This document shows, piece by piece, positions 1 to 8,764 of a stretch of DNA of 31,016 nucleotides. Source of the stretch: Lentisphaeria bacterium (GTDB taxonomy: Bacteria > Verrucomicrobiota > Lentisphaeria > Oligosphaerales > MVZH01). The notes under the pieces were generated by a model that was not told the origin of the DNA, did no database searches, and saw only the letters and a list, made by a program, of their open reading frames with translations. The stretch covers positions 1 to 31,016 of the forward strand of contig JAWOEV010000197.1 in assembly GCA_046482565.1 (NCBI GenBank). The letters are read 5' to 3'. The position numbers and the translations under genes were made by a program. Position 1 is the first letter of the stretch, and each line of letters starts with the position of its first letter.

Positions 1-338
1 CTCAGGGTCGAGGAGTTTGAATGCGGGCCGTTTGTCCGAAAATCAACCCCGGGGACGGTCTTCAATATCTCGGTGACATAATTAAAATTACTATTCTCAA
101 TTTCAGTGCGATCGATAACCGAGACAGAATAACCGAGTTCACTTAACAGTGTCTCCGTCTGGGTGGCCGTTACAACTAATTCATCCAAATTCGCCACTTC
201 CCGTCCGAGCTCGCCGGGAGTTTCATCGTCTGAAGCCTCCCCCCAGGCGTAACCGGCTGACAGAGTAGCGACAGCCAAGCTCCCGCCAATGACATTGCGT
301 TTAAGTTTTTGAGAGAGATTTCGTTGCCAGTTCTTCAT
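1..338 (-). CDS. btuB: TonB-dependent receptor, BtuB-like (5' part only; runs off window start)
   Basis: Not in ORF track; translated by hand from ATG at 338 (RBS AAAGGA): MKNWQRNLSQKLKRNVIGGSLAVATLSAGYAWGEA...LDELVVTATQTETLLSELGYSVSVIDRTEIENSNFNYVTEILKTVPGV. It has a signal peptide, a TonB box (DELVVTA) and a plug-domain start (LKTVPGV), and lies downstream of a cobalamin riboswitch. Confidence 0.85.
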   Translation of the reverse strand, partial: MKNWQRNLSQKLKRNVIGGSLAVATLSAGYAWGEASDDETPGELGREVANLDELVVTATQTETLLSELGYSVSVIDRTEIENSNFNYVTEILKTVPGVDFRTNGPHSNSSTL

Positions 339-393
339 ATTACCATCCTTTGTTGTTAACGCCGGAGACTCGAATTCCACCCCTGATTTTTTC

Positions 394-430
394 AAAAAAA
401 AAGCGTTTTCTCCTACAATAGAGAAAACGC
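394..430 (-). terminator. Intrinsic terminator of the riboswitch expression platform
   Basis: Perfect 10-bp stem GCGTTTTCTC (403-412) / GAGAAAACGC (421-430) with an 8-nt loop, followed on the minus strand by a run of 9 T (A394-402 on +). It lies between the aptamer and the start codon. Confidence 0.85.
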
Positions 431-521
431 CGACATCTTGAAGAATCAGGATTCACGAAAAGGTTCCGCGACTCAGGATTCGCATTCTGCCGGCAATGTT
501 TTACGCGACTATTACCGTATG

Positions 522-708
522 TCCAGGGTATCCTGACTCGCGGGCTGCTTATTACTACTTCCCGGCCTTCCCGCTTCGCTGTCCCAGCTAAACAGTGGCT
601 TTTTCGGGTTTCGTTCCCGCACACAGTGGCGCGACCGTTCCGGATTCTCACCGGATTCCCCTGAGAACTTCTAAGTTGTTCACAAAAGAAACGTGATACC
701 TTAAGGCA
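522..708 (-). promoter_or_regulatory. Cobalamin riboswitch aptamer
   Basis: Minus strand reads AAGGTATC...GGGAATCCGGTGAGAATCCGGAACGGTCGCGCCACTGT...GCCACTG...GGGAAGGC...GAGTCAGGATACC. It contains the B12-box motifs and P2 pairing GGTATC/GATACC, upstream of a TonB receptor. Confidence 0.95.
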
Positions 709-834
709 ATGCGGCAATATGTCAAGTGTGAACTCCGACGGTTGCCCCTGCCAGCCAACTGAGTACAAGCCAGCGCGGTTCGCTTAATCCGGGGCTAGAG
801 TTGCACAATTTGGGTTAAAGGGTTACCGTTTTTT

Positions 835-1053
835 ATGAAGCTTGCTACTTTTAACGCCAACTCTATACGGTCGCGACAAGGGATTATTCTGGAATGGCTT
901 GATGCCAACCGCCCGGATGTTCTCGGGATTCAGGAAACCAAGGCGCAGGATAAAGATTTCCCGCGGGCAGCGTTTGAGGAGGCTGGCTGGCATGTGGTTT
1001 TCAAAGGGGAAAAGTCCTATAACGGCGTGGCGTTGATCTTTTATGATTGCTGA
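835..1053 (+). pseudogene. xth: Exodeoxyribonuclease III (Xth) N-terminal fragment
   Basis: MKLATFNANSIRSR...PDVLGIQETKAQD...GEKSYNGVALI matches the Xth N-terminus (N7, QETK, GxKxYNGVA). The ORF ends after 72 aa versus roughly 260 aa for a normal enzyme, and no continuation was seen in other frames. Confidence 0.85.
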
Positions 1054-1099
1054 GTTTGCTTTCGATAACGATAACGAAATTAATAAAAGGATATAGAAC

Positions 1100-4021
1100 A
1101 TGAAAAAATTCGGCATAAAACTGGCGCGCTTCAGCCTGGAGCGCCCCAAGAGTATCGCGGCTTTAATTTTTATTCCGACGCTGGTCTTGATGCTGCTGGC
1201 GGGACTGCCGTCGGTATGGCCGGATATTTTTCAGGGGCTGAATTCTGTCAAGGTTGATACAGACCCTGAAAACATGCTCTCCAAGGAGGCTACGGTTCGG
1301 GTTTTTAACGATGACATGAAGGAATTGTTTGACCTCAACGATATGGTTGTGGTCGGCATTGTCAATTCTGAACATCCGGAGGGGGTTTTCAATCCCGAAT
1401 CCCTGCAGAACATTTATGCTTTGTCACAGTTTGCCGAAGGACTGACCTGGCCGCATCCCGAGCATCCGGATGACCCCGGGAAGCGGATCGGGGTCATCGC
1501 GGCGGACATTATTGCCCCCTCCACGGTTGATAATATTGAAACCGGCGGCCTCGGTGTCGTTAAGTTTGAGTGGCTGATGCCGCAGCCGCCCGCAACCCAG
1601 GAAGAAGCCGTAGCGATCCGGAAAAAGGCGCAGGACATACCGTTCTTGGACGGCACTCTGGTGTCGGAAGACGGTCAGGCGATTTGTCTTTACCTGCCGT
1701 TGACCTCAAAAGATCTCAGCAATCGCGTTTATGAGGAACTTAAAACCAAAATTGCCGAGCTGAGCGGTAACGACAAGTTTTACATTACGGGTCTGCCGGT
1801 AGCCGAAGACACTTTCGGCCATCAGATGTTTGTTCAGATGGGCATTTCTGCCCCTCTGGCAATGCTGGCAATTTTTCTGTTGATGCTCTTCTTTTTCCGC
1901 AAGCTGTCTTTAATTCTTTCACCTCTCATTGTGGCTATGGTTTCGGTCATATTCACCATGTCACTGCTGGTGATCACCGGTCAGACCATCCATATAATGA
2001 GCTCGATGATTCCGATTTTCATCATGCCGATCGCGGTTCTTGACTCGGTCCACATTTTATCCATGTTTTTCGATCGCTACCAGCAAAACCAGGACCGGCG
2101 GGCGACCATGGTCGACGTCATGGACGCCCTCTTTATGCCGATGCTCTACACTTCACTGACCTCTGCCGCCGGCTTTGCATCACTGGCCCTGACGCCGATT
2201 CCACCGGTACAGGTATTCGGTATTTTCTGTTCCATAGGGATCATGACCGCCTGGATATTGACCATTATTTTCATCCCGGCCTATGTGACATTCCTTCCCG
2301 AAAAATGGCTTAAGAACTTCGGGGCGCGACGCACGGAATCAACCGGCTTTTTATCCAGGATTCTGGAGGCGGTCGGAGAAAAGACTTACTCCCATGCCAG
2401 GACGATTCTCGCGGGGACGATAATTATAGTCGGAGTGGCGATCTACGGCATCACTCAGATACGCATAAATGACAACCCGATCAAGTGGTTCGAGCCGGAG
2501 CATCCCATCCGGGTTGCGGACCGGGTCTTGAATAACCATTTCGGCGGCACTTATATGGCTTATCTCGCCCTGGAAGCCCCCACCGGAAAGGCGGCTGGCG
2601 GGAAGTACGCCGCAGAATTGCGCGACAAGCTTGATAAAAAACTTTCGGAGACCGGCCCTGACAACCTCCGCAAGACAGTTTATACCACCCTGCGCCAGCA
2701 ACTCAAAAATATGGATGTCAGCAAGCTCAGCGCTAAAGAACTGCTTAAGCGCCTCAATGAAACCGCCCGGGCGCATGCTGATAAGGCGGAAGGTGATGAC
2801 CTGTACTACGCATGGGACGATGCCTCCCTGTTTCTTGAAAAACAGATCCAGCGCTTTGAACTTTTTAAGCGTCCGGAAGTACTGCGTTATATGACTCGCA
2901 TCCAGGAATCTCTCGCCCAAGTCAAAGACCAAAACGGCAAGGTGATTGTCGGCAAGTCCAATTCTCTGGCGGATATTGTCGAGACTGTCCATCGCGAGTT
3001 GCGCGGCGGCCAGGATAAATATTTCACGATACCCGACAGCTCGGAAGCGGTGGCGCAGTGCCTGATGCAGTATCAGAGCAGTCACCGGCCGCAGGATCTT
3101 TGGCATTTCACCTCTTCCAACTACCGCAATTCGGCGATATGGTTCCAGCTGCGCAGCGGCGACAACATCAAAATGGAACAAGTGGCCGAAGCGTTACGCA
3201 CATTCACTGATAAGAATCCCCCCCCGGAGGGGATCACCGCAAACTGGTTCGGTCTGACCTATATCAACGTAGTGTGGCAGGATAAAATGGTGGCGGGCAT
3301 GATGTTCGCCTTTCTGGGCAGCTTTCTGGTGGTCTTTCTGATGATGACCCTGCTGTTCCGCTCAGCCCTGTGGGGTATCCTCTGCATGCTTCCGCTGACC
3401 GTCACCATCGCCTTTATCTACGGCGCTATCGGCTTGGTCGGGAAAGACTACGACATGCCGGTAGCCGTACTGTCGGCCCTGGCCCTGGGGTTGGCGGTCG
3501 ATTTCGCTATACATTTTCTCGAACACAGCCGGGTGCTGCGTTATGAAAACGGTGACTGGAAGAAGGCCATCCCGCATGTTTTCGGAGACCCGTCCCGAGC
3601 CATTGTCCGTAATATCATCGTGATAGCCGTCGGTTTTCTGCCGCTACTTGCAGCCCCGCTGGTACCGTACCAGACGGTGGGGGTCTTTTTGGCCGCAATC
3701 CTGGCCGTAAGCGGCTTAGCGACGCTGCTCCTTCTGCCCGCCCTTGTGCGGCTTTTGGAACGCTTCCTGTTCCCGGAAAGCCGTATATGCTGCGTATCCT
3801 GCAACTGCATAACGTGTCTGGCCGCCAGCGTCTCGCTGGTTGTGCTCGTCCTTGTTAATGTCAAACAATTCATGGATATCGGCTGGACCCCGCTGAGCTG
3901 GATCAGCCTATTGCTGATACCGATCTTGGCTTTGATCTGCCGCTTCCTCAGCAAACGTGAAAAATGCGAACTCGAAAGAAACCAACAAAAAACCGCAAGA
4001 AAGGACGCCAACAATGAATAG
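1100..4021 (+). CDS. MMPL/RND-family transporter
   Basis: 973 aa with two repeats of 1 TM + large loop + 5 TM, and motifs IAVLDSVHIL and LGLAVDFAIH. RBS AAAAGGA. Confidence 0.9.
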   Translation: MKKFGIKLARFSLERPKSIAALIFIPTLVLMLLAGLPSVWPDIFQGLNSVKVDTDPENMLSKEATVRVFNDDMKELFDLNDMVVVGIVNSEHPEGVFNPESLQNIYALSQFAEGLTWPHPEHPDDPGKRIGVIAADIIAPSTVDNIETGGLGVVKFEWLMPQPPATQEEAVAIRKKAQDIPFLDGTLVSEDGQAICLYLPLTSKDLSNRVYEELKTKIAELSGNDKFYITGLPVAEDTFGHQMFVQMGISAPLAMLAIFLLMLFFFRKLSLILSPLIVAMVSVIFTMSLLVITGQTIHIMSSMIPIFIMPIAVLDSVHILSMFFDRYQQNQDRRATMVDVMDALFMPMLYTSLTSAAGFASLALTPIPPVQVFGIFCSIGIMTAWILTIIFIPAYVTFLPEKWLKNFGARRTESTGFLSRILEAVGEKTYSHARTILAGTIIIVGVAIYGITQIRINDNPIKWFEPEHPIRVADRVLNNHFGGTYMAYLALEAPTGKAAGGKYAAELRDKLDKKLSETGPDNLRKTVYTTLRQQLKNMDVSKLSAKELLKRLNETARAHADKAEGDDLYYAWDDASLFLEKQIQRFELFKRPEVLRYMTRIQESLAQVKDQNGKVIVGKSNSLADIVETVHRELRGGQDKYFTIPDSSEAVAQCLMQYQSSHRPQDLWHFTSSNYRNSAIWFQLRSGDNIKMEQVAEALRTFTDKNPPPEGITANWFGLTYINVVWQDKMVAGMMFAFLGSFLVVFLMMTLLFRSALWGILCMLPLTVTIAFIYGAIGLVGKDYDMPVAVLSALALGLAVDFAIHFLEHSRVLRYENGDWKKAIPHVFGDPSRAIVRNIIVIAVGFLPLLAAPLVPYQTVGVFLAAILAVSGLATLLLLPALVRLLERFLFPESRICCVSCNCITCLAASVSLVVLVLVNVKQFMDIGWTPLSWISLLLIPILALICRFLSKREKCELERNQQKTARKDANNE

Positions 4022-4883
4022 CATCATCAAATCCGTAAAATTGTATTTTCAACCACTCGTTACCACAACTGTACTGACATTCTCCGGCGCAGTCTTTGCC
4101 CAAGCCGAGTCGCAACAGCCAGCGGAGAAGGGCAAGCAACTTTCCGTGGCTCAAATTGTCGATAAATCTAACTGGCGCGCTTATTACCAAGGTCAGGACG
4201 GCCGGGCCCGCGTCAAAATGACAATAACCGAAAAGGACGGAGACACACGCAACCGTGAATTCACCATCCTGCGGCGCGACAGCACGCCGGAGGATGTCAG
4301 CGACAAGGAATTTACCGGTGAGCAGAATTTTTATGTGTATTTCCACCGGCCAGCCGATGTCAATGGAATGGTCTTCATGGTCTGGAAACACCTTGACAGT
4401 GATGATGATCGCTGGCTCTACCTGCCCGCTTTGGACTTAGTAAAACGCATAGCCGCCTCTGATAAGCGAACCAGCTTCGTAGGATCGAACTTCTTTTATG
4501 AAGATGTATCGGGCCGCAGCGTCAATCTGGATAAGCACCAGCTGGTCGAGGAAACAGACACTTATTACAAACTGAAAAATATTCCGAAGAACCCGCAGCA
4601 GGTAGAGTTTGACCACTATATAATGTGGATACACAAAGAGTCTTTCATCCCGGTAAAAACGGAGTATTACGATGATCAGGGCACAAAATACCGGGTCTAT
4701 GAAGCACTCAAAGTGGAACCGATCGAAGATTTCTTAACGGTTACCAAGTCGCGGATGTCGAATCTGAAAAGCGGCGGCAACACCGTCTTGGAATACTCAA
4801 ACGTAAAATATAATCTAGACCTGCCCGATAACTTGTTCACTGAGCGCTATCTGCGACGGGCACCGCGCAAGTATTTGCGCTAA
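4014..4883 (+). CDS. Outer membrane lipoprotein-sorting (LolA-like) protein
   Basis: Likely start MNSIIKSV at 4014, overlapping the MMPL stop. It has a signal peptide and motifs DDDRWLYLPALDLVKRIA and SFVGSNFFYEDV typical of the LolA-like partner of MMPL transporters. Confidence 0.85.
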   Translation: MNSIIKSVKLYFQPLVTTTVLTFSGAVFAQAESQQPAEKGKQLSVAQIVDKSNWRAYYQGQDGRARVKMTITEKDGDTRNREFTILRRDSTPEDVSDKEFTGEQNFYVYFHRPADVNGMVFMVWKHLDSDDDRWLYLPALDLVKRIAASDKRTSFVGSNFFYEDVSGRSVNLDKHQLVEETDTYYKLKNIPKNPQQVEFDHYIMWIHKESFIPVKTEYYDDQGTKYRVYEALKVEPIEDFLTVTKSRMSNLKSGGNTVLEYSNVKYNLDLPDNLFTERYLRRAPRKYLR

Positions 4884-4988
4884 CCTGAAGGTTGCGGTAC
4901 GCAGTACAGCTACATTTTATCTCGAAGCAAGCTACGGCAAACTTGGCCGGGCATAATCCATGCTAACCTAAAAGGATAAAAAAACATT

Positions 4989-5543
4989 ATGAAGCTATTA
5001 ATTTTTACACTGGTAATTGTCGGCGGCGGCATCGCCGGGGGGTTGCTGGGCTATTACGGAAAATGCACCAGCGGTGCCTGCCCGCTCACCGCCAACCCTG
5101 TCCGGGGAGCAATAATCGGGTTACTTATCGGTGCCCTTTTCGCCTTTGGTTACCTAGGCAAGCCGCAACGCAGCCGCACGGCGGGCGGTGCCGATATCGA
5201 TGACAGTGCCGTCATTCACATCACAGGCGAAGAGCAGTTCACGCAAAAAGTGCTTGAAGCCGACAACCCCGCCCTAGTCGATTTCTATGCGGACTGGTGC
5301 GGTCCGTGTCGCCAGCTCGCCCCGCATATTGCCGCAATCGCCACGGAAAACCCCGGCCTGGTTGTCGCCAAAGTAAATGTTGACAAGGACCCCAACCAAG
5401 CACTGGCAAAGCAATATCAAGTCCGGACAATTCCCCACATGATACTGATTAAAAACGGCGAAATTCTTGACACAAATACGGGATATCTTAAAAAGGAAAA
5501 GATTCTGGAGTGGATCAAGGACAAGACAGGAGGTCAGGAATAA
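4989..5543 (+). CDS. Thioredoxin with N-terminal membrane domain (DUF6132-like)
   Basis: N-terminal TM-CTSGACPLTANP-TM hairpin fused to a thioredoxin domain with DFYADWCGPC. Confidence 0.85.
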   Translation: MKLLIFTLVIVGGGIAGGLLGYYGKCTSGACPLTANPVRGAIIGLLIGALFAFGYLGKPQRSRTAGGADIDDSAVIHITGEEQFTQKVLEADNPALVDFYADWCGPCRQLAPHIAAIATENPGLVVAKVNVDKDPNQALAKQYQVRTIPHMILIKNGEILDTNTGYLKKEKILEWIKDKTGGQE

Positions 5544-5774
5544 ATGCCGATATACGAATACAAATGTGAAGAGTGCGGACACCTTTTCGAACGCTTGGCG
5601 AAAAACAGTGAAGACCATCCGGGTAAATGCCCCAAATGCGGGCGTCCGAAACCGGTAAAACAGTTTTCATCCTTCGCTCCTGCTATGGGGGGAGGCGGCG
5701 GCAATGAGGCCTGCCCCAGCGCTGGTGCCTGCCCGACCGGCGACTGTTGCAGTGGCGGCTCCTGTCCGTTTTAA
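5544..5774 (+). CDS. FmdB-family zinc-ribbon protein with Cys/Gly-rich tail
   Basis: MPIYEYKCEECGHLFE...CPKCG; starts immediately after the thioredoxin stop (TAAATG). Confidence 0.85.
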   Translation: MPIYEYKCEECGHLFERLAKNSEDHPGKCPKCGRPKPVKQFSSFAPAMGGGGGNEACPSAGACPTGDCCSGGSCPF

Positions 5775-5781
5775 CAGCTAA

Positions 5782-5822
5782 CGCTCCTCAATCCGCCGCA
5801 GGCGGAGCGGCGACCTTTTCGC
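5782..5822. repeat. REP-like palindromic repeat, family 2, copy 1
   Basis: CGCTCCTCAATCCGCCGCAGGCGGAGCG...ACCTTTTCGC; 27 of the first 28 nt are identical to 17055-17082. Lies between convergent genes. Confidence 0.7.
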
Positions 5823-5833
5823 GGAGGGTATAG

Positions 5834-6571
5834 TCACTCCGGTTTACGGAAGACGGTGATAAATTCCCGGTTACCCTTGGGGCCGCTTATCGGAGAGGGG
5901 ATAACATCCAAGCACTGCCAGCCGAGCTTGGCGGTCATGAATTCACAAATTTCATCAATACAGCGCTGGCGAACGGTCGAATCCCGAATTACGCCACCGC
6001 GACCGACCTCGCGGCGGCGGGCCTCGAATTGGGGCTTGACCAGCAGAAATGCCAAACCGCCACTTTTCAGGATCGGATCAGCTGGGGGGATCACTTTGCG
6101 TAATGAAATGAACGAAACGTCCGCAGTTATCAAATCAATCGGCTCAGAAATCTGCTCGGACGGCAAATTTCGGGCATTGACCTTTTCCATTGAGACCACC
6201 CGTCGGTCCGATCGCAAGCGATTGTCAAGCTGGCCGTAACCTACATCTACAGCATAAACTTTGGCGGCACCACGCTGCAGCATTAAATCGGTGAAGCCGC
6301 CGGTAGAGGCACCGATGTCCAGGGCTATGGCGTTTTTCAGGTCGGGGGCGAATTTATCGAGGGCCGGCAATAATTTTTCCGCACCGCGCGAGACATAAGG
6401 ATAAGGCTTTTCAACCGACAACTGGGCGTCGGCGTCAACCATCTCATTGGCTTTATGAATTAGCCGGTCGCTGCCGATTCTAACTTTGCCGGCCATGATC
6501 AGACGTTGCGCTTGGGCGAGGCTCTCACAAAGCCCGCTTTCCGAGAGGCGGATATCGGCTCGCTTTTTCAT
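5834..6571 (-). CDS. tlyA: TlyA-family rRNA 2'-O-methyltransferase
   Basis: S4 domain, YVSRGAEKL, LDIGASTGGFTD, DVSFISL, LVKPQFE. Confidence 0.95.
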   Translation of the reverse strand: MKKRADIRLSESGLCESLAQAQRLIMAGKVRIGSDRLIHKANEMVDADAQLSVEKPYPYVSRGAEKLLPALDKFAPDLKNAIALDIGASTGGFTDLMLQRGAAKVYAVDVGYGQLDNRLRSDRRVVSMEKVNARNLPSEQISEPIDLITADVSFISLRKVIPPADPILKSGGLAFLLVKPQFEARRREVGRGGVIRDSTVRQRCIDEICEFMTAKLGWQCLDVIPSPISGPKGNREFITVFRKPE

Positions 6572-7830
6572 GTCCGTATCTGGCCGCTGCCGCTAATCAC
6601 ATATTTGTAAGAGGTCAATTCGTCGAGCCCCATGGGGCCGCGCGCATGAATGCGGTCAGTGCTCACGCCGATTTCGGCGCCCATGCCGAATTCTCCGCCG
6701 TCAGTAAAGCGAGTCGAGGCATTGACATAGACGGCGGCGGCATCGACTGCTTCCTGGAAATAGGTAGCGGTATTACGGTTTTCAGTGACAATCGCCTCGC
6801 TATGAGCCGAACCGTAATCAGAAATATGTTGAACCGCCGTCTCCATGCTGTCTACTATCCGCACAGCCAGAATTAGGTCCAAGTATTCGGCGGTCCAGTC
6901 TTCATCGGTAGCCGGCTTAGCTTGCGGCACAAGCTCGCAGAAAGCTGAATCACCGCGCAGTTCCACCCCTTTTTCCAACAGCACCCCGGCCATTTTCGGG
7001 ACAAACTCTTGGGCAATTTCCCGGTGGATTAAAACGGTTTCAACGGCATTACAGACGCCCGGCCGCTGACATTTGGCGTTCTCCACAATTTTCAGCGCCA
7101 TATCCTGGTCGGCGTTTTTATCAACATAGACATGGCAGACCCCTTTGTAGTGTTTAATTACCGGAATGGTTGAGGTTGCCACGACTTTACGGATAAGCCC
7201 TTCCCCGCCACGGGGGATGATCAGGTCAATATAGTGATCCATTTTCAGCAACGCATTAACCGCTTGCCGCTCGGTCCAGGGCATGAGCTGGATAATTTCG
7301 GGCGACATATCGCTCTTGCGGATGCCGTCTTTCAAGGCTTTGACGATTGCCTTGTTGGAGTTGATGGATTCTGAACCGCCGCGCAAAAAAACCGCATTGC
7401 CGGCTTTCAGACAGAGTCCGGCGGCGTCTGCGGTAACATTCGGGCGGGCTTCGTAAATAATGGAAATAACCCCTATAGGCACACGTACTTTGCGGATTTT
7501 CAAGCCATTGGGCCGCAACCAAGTGGAGTCAACTCGACCGGTGGGATCTTCCAACCCGACCAGTGTGCGCAAGCCCTTGGCCATCTCGGCCAGGCGGTCT
7601 TCATCAAGTTGCAACCGATCGAGCATCGCACTGCTGAGCCCATTTTTACGGGCGTTCTGCATATCGATCTCATTAGCTTCCAGAATCGATTCTATTTGAT
7701 CCTGAAGTTCATCAGCCATGGCCTCTAGGCAACGGTTTTTCTGCGGCCCTTGGAGTAAAGCCAATTTGCGGGCGGCGGTCCGGGCCGCCGACCCCATCTT
7801 GGCCAGCTCGCTTGTATAATCAATTGTCAT
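6568..7830 (-). CDS. proA: Glutamate-5-semialdehyde dehydrogenase
   Basis: VPIGVISIIYEARPNVT, KCQRPGVCNAVE (catalytic Cys), NASTRFTDGGEFGMGAEIG. Confidence 0.97.
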   Translation of the reverse strand: MTIDYTSELAKMGSAARTAARKLALLQGPQKNRCLEAMADELQDQIESILEANEIDMQNARKNGLSSAMLDRLQLDEDRLAEMAKGLRTLVGLEDPTGRVDSTWLRPNGLKIRKVRVPIGVISIIYEARPNVTADAAGLCLKAGNAVFLRGGSESINSNKAIVKALKDGIRKSDMSPEIIQLMPWTERQAVNALLKMDHYIDLIIPRGGEGLIRKVVATSTIPVIKHYKGVCHVYVDKNADQDMALKIVENAKCQRPGVCNAVETVLIHREIAQEFVPKMAGVLLEKGVELRGDSAFCELVPQAKPATDEDWTAEYLDLILAVRIVDSMETAVQHISDYGSAHSEAIVTENRNTATYFQEAVDAAAVYVNASTRFTDGGEFGMGAEIGVSTDRIHARGPMGLDELTSYKYVISGSGQIRT

Positions 7831-7839
7831 ATAAAATCT

Positions 7840-8757
7840 CTACTTGCTACTGCCTTCAACTGTTTCAAGCATTGCTTCTACGGCTTTCCGGGCACGCTGG
7901 GCGATTTCGGGGGGGACAACCACGGCCGGGGATGATGACTCCAGAGCCCGCTCTATTTTTGATAAGGTGATCTTCTTCATATTCGGGCAGAGTAGCAGTG
8001 GACTGAGTGAGATAAAATCAATCTGCGGAGCAATCTTTTTGAGGGTATGAATAATCCCCTGTTCAGTGCCGACAATAAACTGCCGGCAGGAGGTTTCCAC
8101 TACCAACTCACACATTTGGCCGGTGGAAAGTATATGATCAGCTTCATCCTGCACATCCGGGGGGCATTCCGGATGCACCATAACTTCAGCTCCGGGGTGC
8201 AGGGTACGCATGCGCTTAAGGGTATCGACCTGTACAGCCGCATGCGTAGGACAATAGCCATCCCACAGAATCATGCTACGTCCGGTTTGCCGCTCCACAA
8301 ACTTACCCAGATACTGGTCCGGAACAAAGATAATTTCCGGCGCATCCCGCAACGAGTTCACGATCTGCACCGCATTAGAGGATGTACAGCAAACCGTGCT
8401 TTCAGCTTTAACTTCCGCTGTAGAATTGACATAACAAACCACCGCAGCATCAGGATGCTTGGCTTTCAGCTGGCGCAGTTCATCCGCAGTAATCATATCA
8501 GCCATCGGGCAACCGGCATTCATGTCGGGGAGGAGCACGGTTCTCCCGGGGTTGAGAATCGCCGCGGTTTCAGCCATAAACTTTACGCCGCAAAAGACAA
8601 TCAGTTCTTTATCAACTTCCGCCGCTCTTTTGCTCAACCCATAGGAGTCGCCGACAAAATCGGCGATGTCCTGTATTTCGGGGGGTTGATAGGTATGGCT
8701 GAGGATGAGCGCATCGCGCTCTTTCCGTAATTTGTTAATGTTGTCGGCTAAGCTCAT
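7840..8757 (-). CDS. nadA: Quinolinate synthase
   Basis: Start re-called at MSLADNI (8757). Motifs HTYQPPEIQDIADFVGDSYGLS, FCGVKFMAE, CPTH and CPNMK (Fe-S cysteines). Confidence 0.95.
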   Translation of the reverse strand: MSLADNINKLRKERDALILSHTYQPPEIQDIADFVGDSYGLSKRAAEVDKELIVFCGVKFMAETAAILNPGRTVLLPDMNAGCPMADMITADELRQLKAKHPDAAVVCYVNSTAEVKAESTVCCTSSNAVQIVNSLRDAPEIIFVPDQYLGKFVERQTGRSMILWDGYCPTHAAVQVDTLKRMRTLHPGAEVMVHPECPPDVQDEADHILSTGQMCELVVETSCRQFIVGTEQGIIHTLKKIAPQIDFISLSPLLLCPNMKKITLSKIERALESSSPAVVVPPEIAQRARKAVEAMLETVEGSSK

Positions 8758-8764
8758 TCTTATT

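Noticed and set aside
698-725. Sigma70 promoter TTGACA-16-TAAGGT for the riboswitch transcript
   Set aside because: The putative -10 overlaps the aptamer's conserved AGGT/P2 strand, so the start site would fall inside the aptamer.
340-768. 142-aa minus-strand ORF
   Set aside because: It is the translation of the cobalamin riboswitch and its expression platform, with no protein-like features.
2351-3181. 276-aa antisense ORF and other long shadow ORFs (e.g. 8047-8730, 9768-10376, 15910-16416)
   Set aside because: They lie wholly opposite well-supported genes, have no recognisable motifs, and are expected from codon bias.
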